This document shows, piece by piece, positions 1 to 11,300 of a stretch of DNA of 64,000 bases (its first letter is position 1; the number at the start of each line of letters is the position of its first letter). Made by a program: the position numbers and the translations under genes. The DNA lies in contig NC_043022.1 of NCBI RefSeq assembly GCF_006345805.1, forward strand, positions 15,438,001 through 15,502,000, in the 5' to 3' direction. Source of the DNA: Octopus sinensis. Taxonomy: Eukaryota. Below the pieces are notes generated by a model, which saw only the letters and a list, made by a program, of their open reading frames with translations, did not search any database and was not told where the DNA came from.

Positions 1-490
1 GGCACCACCTTGAAGTACTTTACTCAAATAAATCGCAGCACTTTTTAAGTCTGATGCTTATCCCATTGGTCTGTTTTGCCGAATTGCTAAGTTACAGGGA
101 CATTAACACACAAACACTGGTTGTCAAGCAGTGGTTGGAGACACACACACACACATCATCATCATCATCATCATCATCATTTAGCGTCCGTTTTCCATGC
201 TAGCATGGGTTGGACGGTTCTACTGGGGTCTGTGAAGCCAGAAGGCTTCATCAGGCCCAGTCAAATCTGGCAGTGTTTCTACGGCTGGATGCCCTTCCTA
301 ACGCCAACCACTCCGTGAGTGTAGTGGGTGCTTTTTACGTGCCACCCGCACTGGTGCCAGACAGAGCTGGCAAACGGCCACGAACGGATGGTGCTTTTTA
401 TGTGCCACCGGCACGAGGGCCAGGCGAGGCTGGCAACGGACACGAAACGGGGCGGTGCTGGCAACGGTCGCGAAACGGAAAGTTCTCTTA

Positions 491-683
491 CATGCCACCG
501 GCACTGGTAACACATCTGCAATTTCCATTGATCGATTTCGATTCTGATCCTCACTTGCCTCAATGGGTCTTCACAAGCAGAGTTTCGACATGCCACCGGC
601 ACTGGTAGCACATCCGCAATTTCCATTGATCGATTTCGATTCTGATCCTCACTTGCCTCAACACGTCTTCACAAGTAGAGTTT
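491..683. repeat. Two ~98-bp tandem copies inside the RTE 3' UTR
   Basis: catgccaccggcactggta...ttcacaag starts at 491 and again at 589. Confidence 0.85.
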
Positions 684-755
684 TGTGTCCCAAGAAGGGA
701 AGGTATGCATACGTAGGCTGGCTCCATCCCATGTAGAAGGCCACGGGTTGTGGAC

Positions 756-3700
756 TCACTTGTCCTGCCGGGTCTTCTCGCGCACAGCACACTTCCAGAG
801 GTCTCGGTCTCTAGTCATTTCCTCAGTGAGACCTAAAGTTCGAAGGTCGTGCTTCACCACCTCGTCCCAGGTTTTCCTGGGTCTGCCTCTTCCACAGGTT
901 CCCTCAACCGCTAGGGTGTGGCACTTTTTCACACACAACTATCTTCATCCATTCTCGCCACATGACCATACCAGCGCAAACGTCTCTCTTGCACACCACA
1001 ACTGATGCTTCTTAGGTCCAGCTTTTCTCTCAAGGTACTTACACTCTGCCGAGTGTGAGTACCGGCATTACACATCCATCGGAGCATACTGGCTTCATTT
1101 CTAGCGAGCTTACGCATATCCTCAGCAGTCACGGCCCATGTTTCACTGCCATGTAGCATGGCTGTTCGTACACACGCATCATACAGTCTGCCTTTCACTC
1201 TGTGCGAGAGGCCTTTTGTCACCAGCAGAGGTAAGAGCTCTCTGAACTTTGCCCAAGCTATTCTTACTCTAGCAGTTACACTTTCAGCACACCACCCCCG
1301 CTGCTGACTTGGTCACCTAGGTAACGGAAACTATCAACTATTTCTAGTTTTTCTCCCTGGAAAGTGACGGAAGTTGGTCTCAGAGCATTTTCAGTGTTTA
1401 TTGTTCCTGAGCATCTGCCACATACAAAAACCATCTTCCTAGTTAGCCTTCCTTTGACATTGCTGCATCTCTTATGTGTCCATAGCTTACACTTGGTGCA
1501 TCTTATAGAGTTTCTACCTACACCTTTTCTACAGATCGAGCAGGGCCATCTACCTGAAGTGTTTGTGATTTGTCTACCTTCCTACTGATTACGACTTTGG
1601 TTTTAGCTAGATTGACTCTGAGGCCCTTCGATTCTAATCCTTGTTTCAACACCAAAACTCTCCTCCAGTTCTGATAGCGACTCAGCAATTAGAGCAAGGT
1701 CATCAGCATAGAGGAGCTCCCAAGGGCATCCTGTCTTGAATTCCTCCGTTATTGCCTGGAGGACTATGATAAATAGGAGGGGGCTGAGTACTGAGCCTTG
1801 GTGGACCCCTACCTCTACCCGGAATTCTTCACTGTACTCATTTCCAACCCTCACCCTACTAGCGGCGTCCCTATACATGGCCCGCACAGCTCTCACTAAC
1901 CATTCATCTATCCCTAGTTTTCTCATTGCCCACCAGATAAGGGATCGGGGGACCCTGTCGAAGGCTTTCTCCATGTCAACAAAAGCCAGGTACAGGGGCT
2001 TATCTTTGGCTAGGTATTTCTCCTGCAGCTGCCTTACCAGGAATATAGCATCAGTAGTACTTTTCCCTGGCACAAACCCAAACTGCATCTCATCTAAACT
2101 AACTCTCTCTCTAATTAGTTGGGCTATGACCCTCTCCGTAACCTTCATCACCTGGTCCAACAGCTTGATACCTCTGTAGTTATTTGTATCTAGGGCATCA
2201 CCTTTACCTTTGTAGCAGTTGACTATTATACTGCTACACCAGTCATTGGGTATGACCCCTTTGTGTATCACCTGATTAACTATATGGGTGACTAGGCTAT
2301 AGCCGACACTACCAGACATTTTGAGCATCTCTGCAGTGATTCCTGATGGGCCTGGGGCTTTCCCTGTCTTCATGCTTCTAATTGCCTTAGCTACCACAGA
2401 ACTATCAACTCGGATAGCTGGTCCCTCTGTTGGGTCAACATTCGGCAGACTCTCTTTATCCCATTCATTTTCTTCATTCAGCAACCTTTCATAGTGGCAT
2501 CTCCAAACCTCTCTCTTCGCATCCTCATTTAGCGCAAGTGAACCATCTTCCATGCGAACACACTTCTCTCCTACCACATCACGATTCTCTCTCAACACTG
2601 TCTTGCAACACGAAACACCTCCAGTCTTTGGTCCTCACGGCGCAGAACATTGGCAAATTTTTTCTTATCTGCTTCCCCTCTGGCTAAATAAACCTGTCTC
2701 CTAGCTTCTCTTTTGGCAGTCTGATACAATTCCCTGCTACCCCCATTTTTCCAGACCTTCCAAGCCTGTCTCTTTTCTCTAATAGCCCTGTCTACAATAT
2801 TGTTCCACCACCACGTTATTCTAGGTCGAGAGGGGACTTTGCACCACCACAGATCTGGTCAGTGGCTCTCAGCAGGTTGTCCCTTAGAAACGTCCAGCTG
2901 TCTTCTACCCCCTGTGATGCTCTATCCCCTTCTACTTCGTCAGAGGCTTCAAGTAATATGTCCCTAAATCTCTGTCCATTTGCAGGATCTTTAAGCTTCC
3001 AGATCCTTCTTCTCCATATTTGTCGTCTTCTGGTTGTCCTCCTAGTCCTGATCCTAAAGTCACTAACTACCAGTCTATGTTGTGGGGTACATTCTTCACC
3101 TGGGAAGGTTTTGGCATTTATAAGCAGCCATCTCTCCCTTTGCCTTGTAAGGATGTAGTCAATTTGGCTGGTATGTTGGCCCGATTGGTAAGTGACTAGG
3201 TGGCTGGTAGGTTTCCTGAAGTTAGTGTTGCAAATCATAAGATTATTTGCATCGCAGAACTCCAGCAGCCTGGTTCCCTCCTCGTTGCGGGAGCCATAGC
3301 CATAGCCTCCATGTACGCCATGGAAGCCCCCAGCATGTCGTCCAACGTGACCATTGAAGTCACCAGCCACAAAGATAAGGTCTCTGTCGTTCGTCAATGA
3401 GGTAGTCTGCAGTAGAGTGTCATAGAATCGGTCTTTCTGTCCATCGGGTAGCCCCGACTGAGGAGCATAGGCTGATATAATGGTTGCTAAACTATGATGA
3501 AGCACTAATCTAATCTTAAGTATTCTGTCACTTACTCTGATTACCTCAATTACTTTATCTACCCATTTCTCAGCGATAAGTATACCCACGCCACCAACCC
3601 CGTCAGTGTTCCCTGCCCAGAAAATCTTGTACCTGCGTTCCTTGCCTGTGAGGAACCTAGCTGATCCTCCTCTCCACCTTATTCTTCTTGCATGCAACAT

Positions 3701-4011
3701 ATATCCACACATCTCCGTTCAAGCATCTCGACTATCTCACCAGACCTACCTTTCAGAGTGCCAACGTTGAGGGTGCCAACCCTGAGGGTGTGGAAGGCAT
3801 GGGCTCTAGAGACCCTGGGACGGTGGACAGTAGCTTCGTGTACCTGAAAAGAAAGCTCGCATTTGGCAGAATTCATGTGCAAGAAATGAAGTAGTAAAGT
3901 AGCCTTCAGTACAACCTGCATAACGCTAGCCTTTCTATTTTTGCACTGTATGAACATTACCTTACATAGGTCGAGACTAGGGGTAGGGAGGGGTATGGAT
4001 GGTGAGAGCAT
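756..4011 (-). pseudogene. RTE ORF2 (APE endonuclease + reverse transcriptase + PHD-like finger), broken by several small indels
   Basis: ORF-track pieces 3679-4011, 2816-3712, 1603-2598, 929-1222 and 756-938 join into one protein if frameshifts near ~3685, ~2840, ~2595 and ~1655 are corrected. Confidence 0.9.
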
Positions 4012-4734
4012 TTGCAGTCTTCATGGGAAGCACCCCGGAATGGAAGAGAATAGGAACTTCCGGCATGCGTGGTGGGGGTGGGAGGGCGGGTGCACCGTAG
4101 CTGAGTAAAGAGGTTCTGTTAATCGTGAGCTAGCAAATGGGTTTGTATGAATCGGGAGACAATACTAAACGAAAAATTGAAAAATTGAAAAATCAGAGTG
4201 GCTATGAACCTGGAGACAAGTCTAAACGAAAAAAATGTTTGAGCTAGACAGGGTAATGAGGGAATACTGAAAGAATGAGTGACAATACAATGAGATGGAA
4301 ATTGAAGAATAGAGAAAGAATAAGGATAAGTGCAAGAAAGAAGGTAGTCTTAGCGAGGTTGGATGATTCACTTAACTTTTAGCCATTCATGATCTGTGCG
4401 TATTCTTTAGATATTTTGAAGCGAGTGGGGTTAACGATAAATGCCATGGCTCTTTTATGTATGGCGATGATGGTTTTGGGGGAGGGGGGGGCATAGAGGA
4501 CCATGGCGATGATGGTTATGGGAAGGGGGGACATAGCGAGAGAGAGATACGGTTAGTTAGAGAGAGAGGTCAAGGGACACGTGACAATAAGCGGTGTGAG
4601 GGAATTTGACTGGGGACGGCATTGTCGATAAATAAACATTAGATAAATAGGTTTGAAAATCAGAAAAATCAGAGGGAATATCATTATTGATAGCTAATAT
4701 AACACCGTATATATATATATATACATACATACAT

Positions 4735-5045
4735 ACAATGAGCTTCTTTCAGTTTCCATCTACCAAATCCACTCACAAGGCTTCACGAGTAGAAGACACT
4801 TGCCCAAGGTGCCACACAGTGGGACTGAACATTGAACCATGTGGTTGGGAAGCAAGCTACACACACACACACACACAAACATTTATATATGTCGGGCTTC
4901 TTGCAGTGTCCGTCTACCAAATCCACTCACAAAGCTTTGGTCAGCCCGAGGCTATAGTCGAAGACACTTGCCCAAGGTGCCACGCAGCGGGACCGAACCC
5001 GGAACCATGTGGTTGGTAAGCAAGCTTCTTACCACACAGCCATGC
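4735..5045 (-). mobile_element. Two tandem 5'-half fragments of tRNA-derived SINE family A
   Basis: cttctttcagtttcc...ccaaatccactcacaag...agaagacacttgcccaaggtgccac occurs twice and matches the full copies at 7354 and 19431. Confidence 0.8.
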
Positions 5046-5352
5046 TATTGACCCCCCACCCCCACCCCGAGGGATAAAAAGGCTAACTTGACCTTGACTG
5101 GATTTCAGCACAATGTAGCTCAAGTTTAAAATATGTTCACAAAAGGAGTGGTTTTGGGGGGAGGGGTTATCTGAGGAAAGATAACATGAAACGGAAGGAA
5201 ATCTGAACAAACCTGATATTAGTCACATATCAAACATGACTGTCTGTGAATTGGTATGTTTGGTATGCACAGAAGTTTATATATATATATATACAGGGCG
5301 GCCCAAAAGTAGGTTTACGGTTATTCAATCGTCTCTTTCACATTCATACATT

Positions 5353-5968
5353 AACTCTCTTTGACTCTTTTACTTGTTTCAGTCATTTGACTGCGGCCAT
5401 GCTGGAGCACCGCCTTTAGTCGAGCAACTCGACCCCGGGACTTATTCTTTGTAAGCCTAGTACTTATTCTATCGGTCTCTTTTGCCGAACTGCTAAGTAA
5501 CGGGGACATAAACACACCAGCATCGGTTGTCAAGCAATGCTAGGGGGACAAACACAGACACACAAACACACACATGCATATATATATACATATATACAAC
5601 GGGCTTCTTTCAGTTTCCGTCTACCAAATCCACTCACAAGGCTTTGGACGGCCCGAGGCTATAGTAGAAGACACTTACCCGGAACCATGTGGTTGGTAAA
5701 CAAGCTACTTACCACAGCCTTGTGAGTGGATTTGGTAGACGGAAACTGAAAGAAGCCTGTCGTATATATGTATATATATGTGTATGTATGTGTGTCTGTG
5801 TTTGTCCCCCTAGCATTGCTTGACAATCGATGCTGGTGTGTCCCCGTAACTTAGCGCTTCGGCAAAAGAGACCGATAGAATAAGTCCCGGGGTCGATTTG
5901 CCCGACTAAAGGCAGTGCTCCAGCATGGCCACAGTCAAATGACTGAAACAAGAAAAAGAGTAAAGAGT
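5353..5968. mobile_element. Head-to-head pair of family A SINEs (minus 5353-5720, plus 5720-5968)
   Basis: The minus copy ends acttaccacagcc and is directly fused to a plus copy starting ttgtgagtggatttgg. Confidence 0.85.
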
Positions 5969-5985
5969 ATGTATGCGTGTACATG

Positions 5986-6023
<38 letters not shown>

Positions 6024-6391
6024 ACCTTCTTTCATGTTGCCTCTGTATTTCATTGCTGCTATTTCATGCATCAATGAACAAGAACATTCCAGGTGAGGTA
6101 ACTCAAAATCCACATGGGTCTCCACCTAGATTAGCAAATTCTTTTTCTTCTTCCTCGGCACCCCCCACCCAACTGACCTTCTTTCTCCTTATTCACAATG
6201 ATTCCCCCACCCGTAATTAAGCCAAAATACCTAAGTAGAGATTTAGTTAATTAAATGAATGTTAAATCGTTTCAGGAGTTTATTTCCCGTATTTATTTGG
6301 CTGGCAGACATCACGGGGGCCGCCGCTTGGTTTTGCCATCAAGGGGTTCTTGGACTTCATTATGTTTTGTGGCACCTTGGGCAAGTGTCTC

Positions 6392-7023
6392 TACTGCTAC
6401 TACTACTACTACTGCTGCTACTACTACTACCACCTACTACTACTACTGCTGCTACTACTACTACCACCTACTACTACTACTGCTGCTACTACTACTAGCA
6501 CCTACTACTACTACTGCTGCTACTACTACTACTAGCACCTACTACTACTACTGCTGCTACTACTACTAGCACCTATTACTACTACTGCTGCTACTACTAC
6601 TAGATACTACTACTACTACTAGCACCTACTACTACTACTGCTGCTACTACTACTACTAGCACCTACTACTACTACTGCTGCTACTACTACTAGCACCTAT
6701 TACTACTACTGCTGCTACTACTACTACTACTACTACTGCTGCTACTACTACTACCACCTACTACTACTACTGCTGCTACTACTACTACCACCTACTACTA
6801 CTACTGCTACTACTGCTGCTGCTGCTACTACTAGCACCTACTACTACTTGTAGGTTCTTCACTTCATGTTTTGTGGCACCTTGGGCAAGTGTCTCTACTG
6901 CTACTACTACTACCACCTACTACTGCTACTGCTGCTGTTGCTACTACTACTACTGCTGCTACTACTGTTGCTACTACTACTACTGCTGCTGCTGCTACTA
7001 CCACCTACTACTACTGCTACTAC
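6392..7023. repeat. (CTA/CTG)n trinucleotide tract, with a SINE fragment duplicated at ~6355 and ~6861
   Basis: Direct reading; atgttttgtggcaccttgggcaagtgtctctactgct precedes both halves. Confidence 0.9.
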
Positions 7024-7353
7024 CTGCATGTCCAATCGCATCATTGCCTCATCCCCATAAGCTTACTGAAGCATCTGCAATACCCCTGTAGCAGACTTCC
7101 TGAGTTGACCGCAAATTTTACGTTGGTTCTTTGTTCCAACTTCCTCCTGTCCATCACAAAACTCGCAGACTATACAGCAGGACACGTCATCACAAAAGCA
7201 CAAATTTCACAACTTGCAAAGCAAACACAGCAATGTCGCTCAGCTTACTGCCTCATGAAGGTCACTGTCATCTCTCACTGCACACACAACCATATGCTGC
7301 CATCTGTTGGCACCCTAGAGAACTAGTCCTGGATCTTTTTGATACCACTCATA

Positions 7354-7515
7354 GCGCAGGAGTGGCTGTGTGGTAAGTAGCTTGCTTACCAACCACATGG
7401 TTCCGGGTTCAGTCCCACTGCGTGGCATCTTGGGCAAGTCTCTTCTACTATAGCCTCGGGCCGACCAAAGCTTTGTGAGTGGATTTGGTAGACGGAAACT
7501 GAAAGAAGCCCGTCG

Positions 7516-7551
<36 letters not shown>

Positions 7552-7762
7552 TATATATATATGCGTGTGTGTGTCTGTGTTTGTCCCCATAGCATTGCTT
7601 GACAACCGATGCTGGTGTGTTTATGTCCCCGTTACTTAGCAGTTCGGCAAAAGAAACCAATAGAATAAGTACTGGGCTTACAAAGTCCCAGGATCGAGTT
7701 GCTCGACTAAAGGCGGTGCTCCAGCATGGCCACAGTGAAATGACTGAAACAAGTAAAAGAGT
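7354..7762 (+). mobile_element. Full-length tRNA-derived SINE family A (probably the octopus OR/CORE-like type)
   Basis: tRNA-like head gcgcaggagtggctgtgtggt...ggttcagtccc, CORE-like cttgggcaagt, internal TA/TG microsatellite and aaaagagt tail. More than 20 copies in the window. The family name is inference. Confidence 0.85.
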
Positions 7763-8050
7763 ATACAAAAAGAAAATATCAATGAGTCCTAGGGTCAATT
7801 TGTTCAGCTAAGCCCTTTCGTGTGGTGCTCCAACATGGGCACAGTCCAATGACTGAAACAAGATATACCCTTAACCTAACACAAATAAATCTATATCCTT
7901 TAGGGTTCACTATGCTGTGTAGGGGCCAGCATATCAAAAGAATGGACCCAATGTTTGCTCTGAGTGTCATAATAATAATTTATTTCTTTATTGTCCACAG
8001 GGGGCTAAACATAGCAGGGACACACAAGGACAGATAAAGGGATTAAGTCG

Positions 8051-8147
8051 ATTAAAATCTTCCACCAAACCTTAGTCACAATTTATATTCCTAAGACGAG
8101 CTTAATGATAATTAAGTTATTTTACTAAATTCTTTGTTATATTGAAA
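8051..8147 (+). mobile_element. Middle fragment of the TTAA-flanked MITE (family of 42453-42670)
   Basis: aaaatcttccaccaaaccttagtcacaattta...tttactaaattcttt matches 42535-42610. Confidence 0.8.
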
Positions 8148-8330
8148 ACTAAGCAGTATCACCCGGCATTGCTTGGGTTTGTTTCTACCCTTTAGAATTG
8201 GAATTTTTGCAAAGTAAAAAATTTGCATTATGTAGCTTGTTATTCTCTTTGAGTGAACATTTTTCTGGTTGAAATACACCGAAAAATGGCGACACAGCAA
8301 TTAAAAAATCGTAAAAAAAGCACCATTTTG
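8148..8330 (+). mobile_element. 5' portion of a Helitron/Helentron-like non-autonomous element (DINE-1/HINE-like) leading into the satellite
   Basis: Starts actaagcagtatcacccggcattgcttgggttt, matching the terminus actagcagtatcgcccggcgttgct(t/c)gggt of the elements at 37161 and 41642. Confidence 0.65.
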
Positions 8331-11300
8331 ATGTAAATAATTTTTGGTGTTAACATGGTCCGATTTGAATTTTTTCTTCTACGGAAGGAAGAGCAAGCCT
8401 TCTTCTATCATACTCTCAATTTTGGTCAACTTGCACCGCAGGGTCTCAAAGGAGATAGTGTTAGTTGAAGGCTACCAAACGTGCCATACACAGACAACTT
8501 CATGTAAATAATTTTTGGTGTTAACATGGTCCGATTTGAATTTTTTCTTCTACGGAAGGAAGAGCAAGCCTTCTTCTAGCATACTCTCAATTTTGGCCAA
8601 CTTGCACCGCAGGGTCTCAAAGGAGATAGTGTTAGTTGAAGGCTACCAAACCTGCCACACACAGACAACTTCATGTAAATAATTTTTGGTGTTAACATGG
8701 TCCGATTTGAATTTTTTCTTCTACGGAAGGAAGAGCAAGCCTTCTTCTATCATACTCTCAATTTTGGTCAACTTGCACCGCAGGGTCTCAAAGGAGATAG
8801 TGTTAGTTGAAGGCTACCAAACCTGCCACACACAGACAACTTCATGTAAATAATTTTTGGTGTTAACATGGTCCGATTTGAATTTTTTCTTCTACGGAAG
8901 GAAGAGCAAGCCTTCTTCTATCATACTCTCAATTTTGGTCAACTTGCACCGCAGGGTCTCAAAGGAGATAGTGTTAGTTGAAGGCTACCAAACGTGCCAC
9001 ACACAGACAACTTCATGTAAATAATTTTTGGTGTTAACATGGTCCGATTTGAATTTTTTCTTCTACGGAAGGAAGAGCAAGCCTTCTTCTAGCATACTCT
9101 CAATTTTGGCCAACTTGCACCGCAGGGTCTCAAAGAGATAGTGTTAGTTGAAGGCTACCAAACGTGCCACACACAGACAACTTCATGTAAATATTTTTGG
9201 TGTTAACATGGTCCGATTTGAATTTTTTCTTCTACGGAAGGAAGAGCAAGCCTTCTTCTATCATACTCTCAATTTTGGTCAACTTGCACCGCAGGGTCTC
9301 AAAGGAGATAGTGTTAGTTGAAGGCTACCAAACGTGCCATACACAGACAACTTCATGTAAATATTTTTGGTGTTAACATGGTCCGATTTGAATTTTTCTT
9401 CTACGGAAGGAAGAGCAAGCCTTCTTCTAGCATACTCTCAATTTTGGCCAACTTGCGCCGCAGGGTCTCAAAGGAGATAGTGTTAGTTGAAGGCTACCAA
9501 ACCTGCCATACACAGACAACTTCATGTAAATAATTTTTGGTGTTAACATGGTCCGATTTGAATTTTTTCTTCTACGGAAGGAAGAGCAAGCCTTCTTCTA
9601 GCATACTCTCAATTTTGGCCAACTTGCGCCGCAGGGTCTCAAAGGAGATAGTGTTAGTTGAAGGCTACCAAACCTGCCATACACAGACAACTTCATGTAA
9701 ATAATTTTTGGTGTTAACATGGTCCGATTTGAATTTTTTCTTCTACGGAAGGAAGAGCAAGCCTTCTTCTAGCATACTCTCAATTTTGGCTAACTTGCGC
9801 CGCAGGGTCTCAAAGGAGATAGTGTTAGTTGAAGGCTACCAAACCTGCCATACACAGACAACTTCATGTAATAATTTTTGGTGTTAACATGGTCCGATTT
9901 GAATTTTTTCTTCTACGGAAGGAAGAGCAAGCCTTCTTCTAGCATACTCTCAATTTTGGCCAACTTGCGCCGCAGGGTCTCAAAGGAGATAGTGTTAGTT
10001 GAAGGCTACCAAACCTGCCATACACAGACAACTTCATGTAAATAATTTTTGGTGTTAACATGGTCCGATTTGAATTTTTTCTTCTACGGAAGGAAGAGCA
10101 GCCTTCTTCTAGCATACTCTCAATTTTGGCTAACTTGCGCCGCAGGGTCTCAAAGGAGATAGTGTTAGTTGAAGGCTACCAAACCTGCCATACACAGACA
10201 ACTTCATGTAAATAATTTTTGGTGTTAACATGGTCCGATTTGAATTTTTTCTTCTACGGAAGGAAGAGCACCTTCTTCTAGCATACTCTCAATTTTGGCT
10301 AACTTGCACCGCAGGGTCTCAAAGGAGATAGTGTTAGTTGAAGGCTACCAAACCTGCCATACACAGACAACTTCATGTAAATAATTTTTGGTGTTAACAT
10401 GGTCCGATTTGAATTTTTTCTTCTACGGAAGGAAGAGCAAGCCTTCTTCTAGCATACTCTCAATTTTGGCCAACTTGCGCCGCAGGGTCTCAAAGGAGAT
10501 AGTGTTAGTTGAAGGCTACCAAACGTGCCACACACAGACAACTTCATGTAAATAATTTTTGGTGTTAACATGGTCCGATTTGAATTTTTTCTTCTACGGA
10601 AGGAAGAGCAAGCCTTCTTCTAGCATACTCTCAATTTTGGTCAACTTGCACCGCAGGGTCTCAAAGGAGATAGTGTTAGTTGAAGGCTACCAAACCTACC
10701 ACACACACAGACAACTTCATGTAAATAATTTTTGGTGTTAACATGGTCCGATTTGAATTTTTTCTTCTACAGAAGGAAGAGCAAGCCTTCTTCTAGCATA
10801 CTCTCAATTTTGGCCAACTTGCACCGCAGGGTCTCAAAGGAGATAGTGTTAGTTGAAGGCTACCAAACGTGCCACACACAGACAACTTCATGTAAATAAT
10901 TTTTGGTGTTAACATGGTCCGATTTGAATTTTTTCTTCTACGGAAGGAAGAGCAAGCCTTCTTCTAGCATACTCTCAATTTTGGCCAACTTGCGCCGCAG
11001 GGTCTCAAAGGAGATAGTGTTAGTTGAAGGCTACCAAACCTGCCACACACAGACAACTTCATGTAAATAATTTTTGGTGTTAACATGGTCCGATTTGAAT
11101 TTTTTCTTCTACGGAAGGAAGAGCAAGCCTTCTTCTAGCATACTCTCAATTTTGGCTAACTTGCGCCGCAGGGTCTCAAAGGAGATAGTGTTAGTTGAAG
11201 GCTACCAAACCTGCCATACACAGACAACTTCATGTAAATAATTTTTGGTGTTAACATGGTCCGATTTGAATTTTTTCTTCTACGGAAGGAAGAACAAGCC

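Larger units (their letters stand above)
154..4700 (-). mobile_element. Near full-length RTE-clade non-LTR retrotransposon (LINE): (GAT)n tail at 154-180, ~570-bp 3' UTR, EN-RT ORF; 5' boundary uncertain (~4000-4700)
   Basis: Minus-strand ORF pieces give an APE endonuclease (RVGTLNVGTL...DICCMQE, SAYAPQ, GDFNGHVG, QIDYIL, HRLV), an RT (NYRGIKLL, QFGFVPG, FVDMEKAFDRV, HQGSVLSP, LYADD, FRYLG) and an RTE-type C-terminus (GSETW, RRLRWYGHV, GRGRPRKTW), followed by a UTR ending in ATG/GAT repeats. Confidence 0.93.

Noticed and set aside
4011-4700. HDV-like ribozyme expected at the 5' end of some RTE elements
   Set aside because: I could not find a nested double-pseudoknot pattern by eye.
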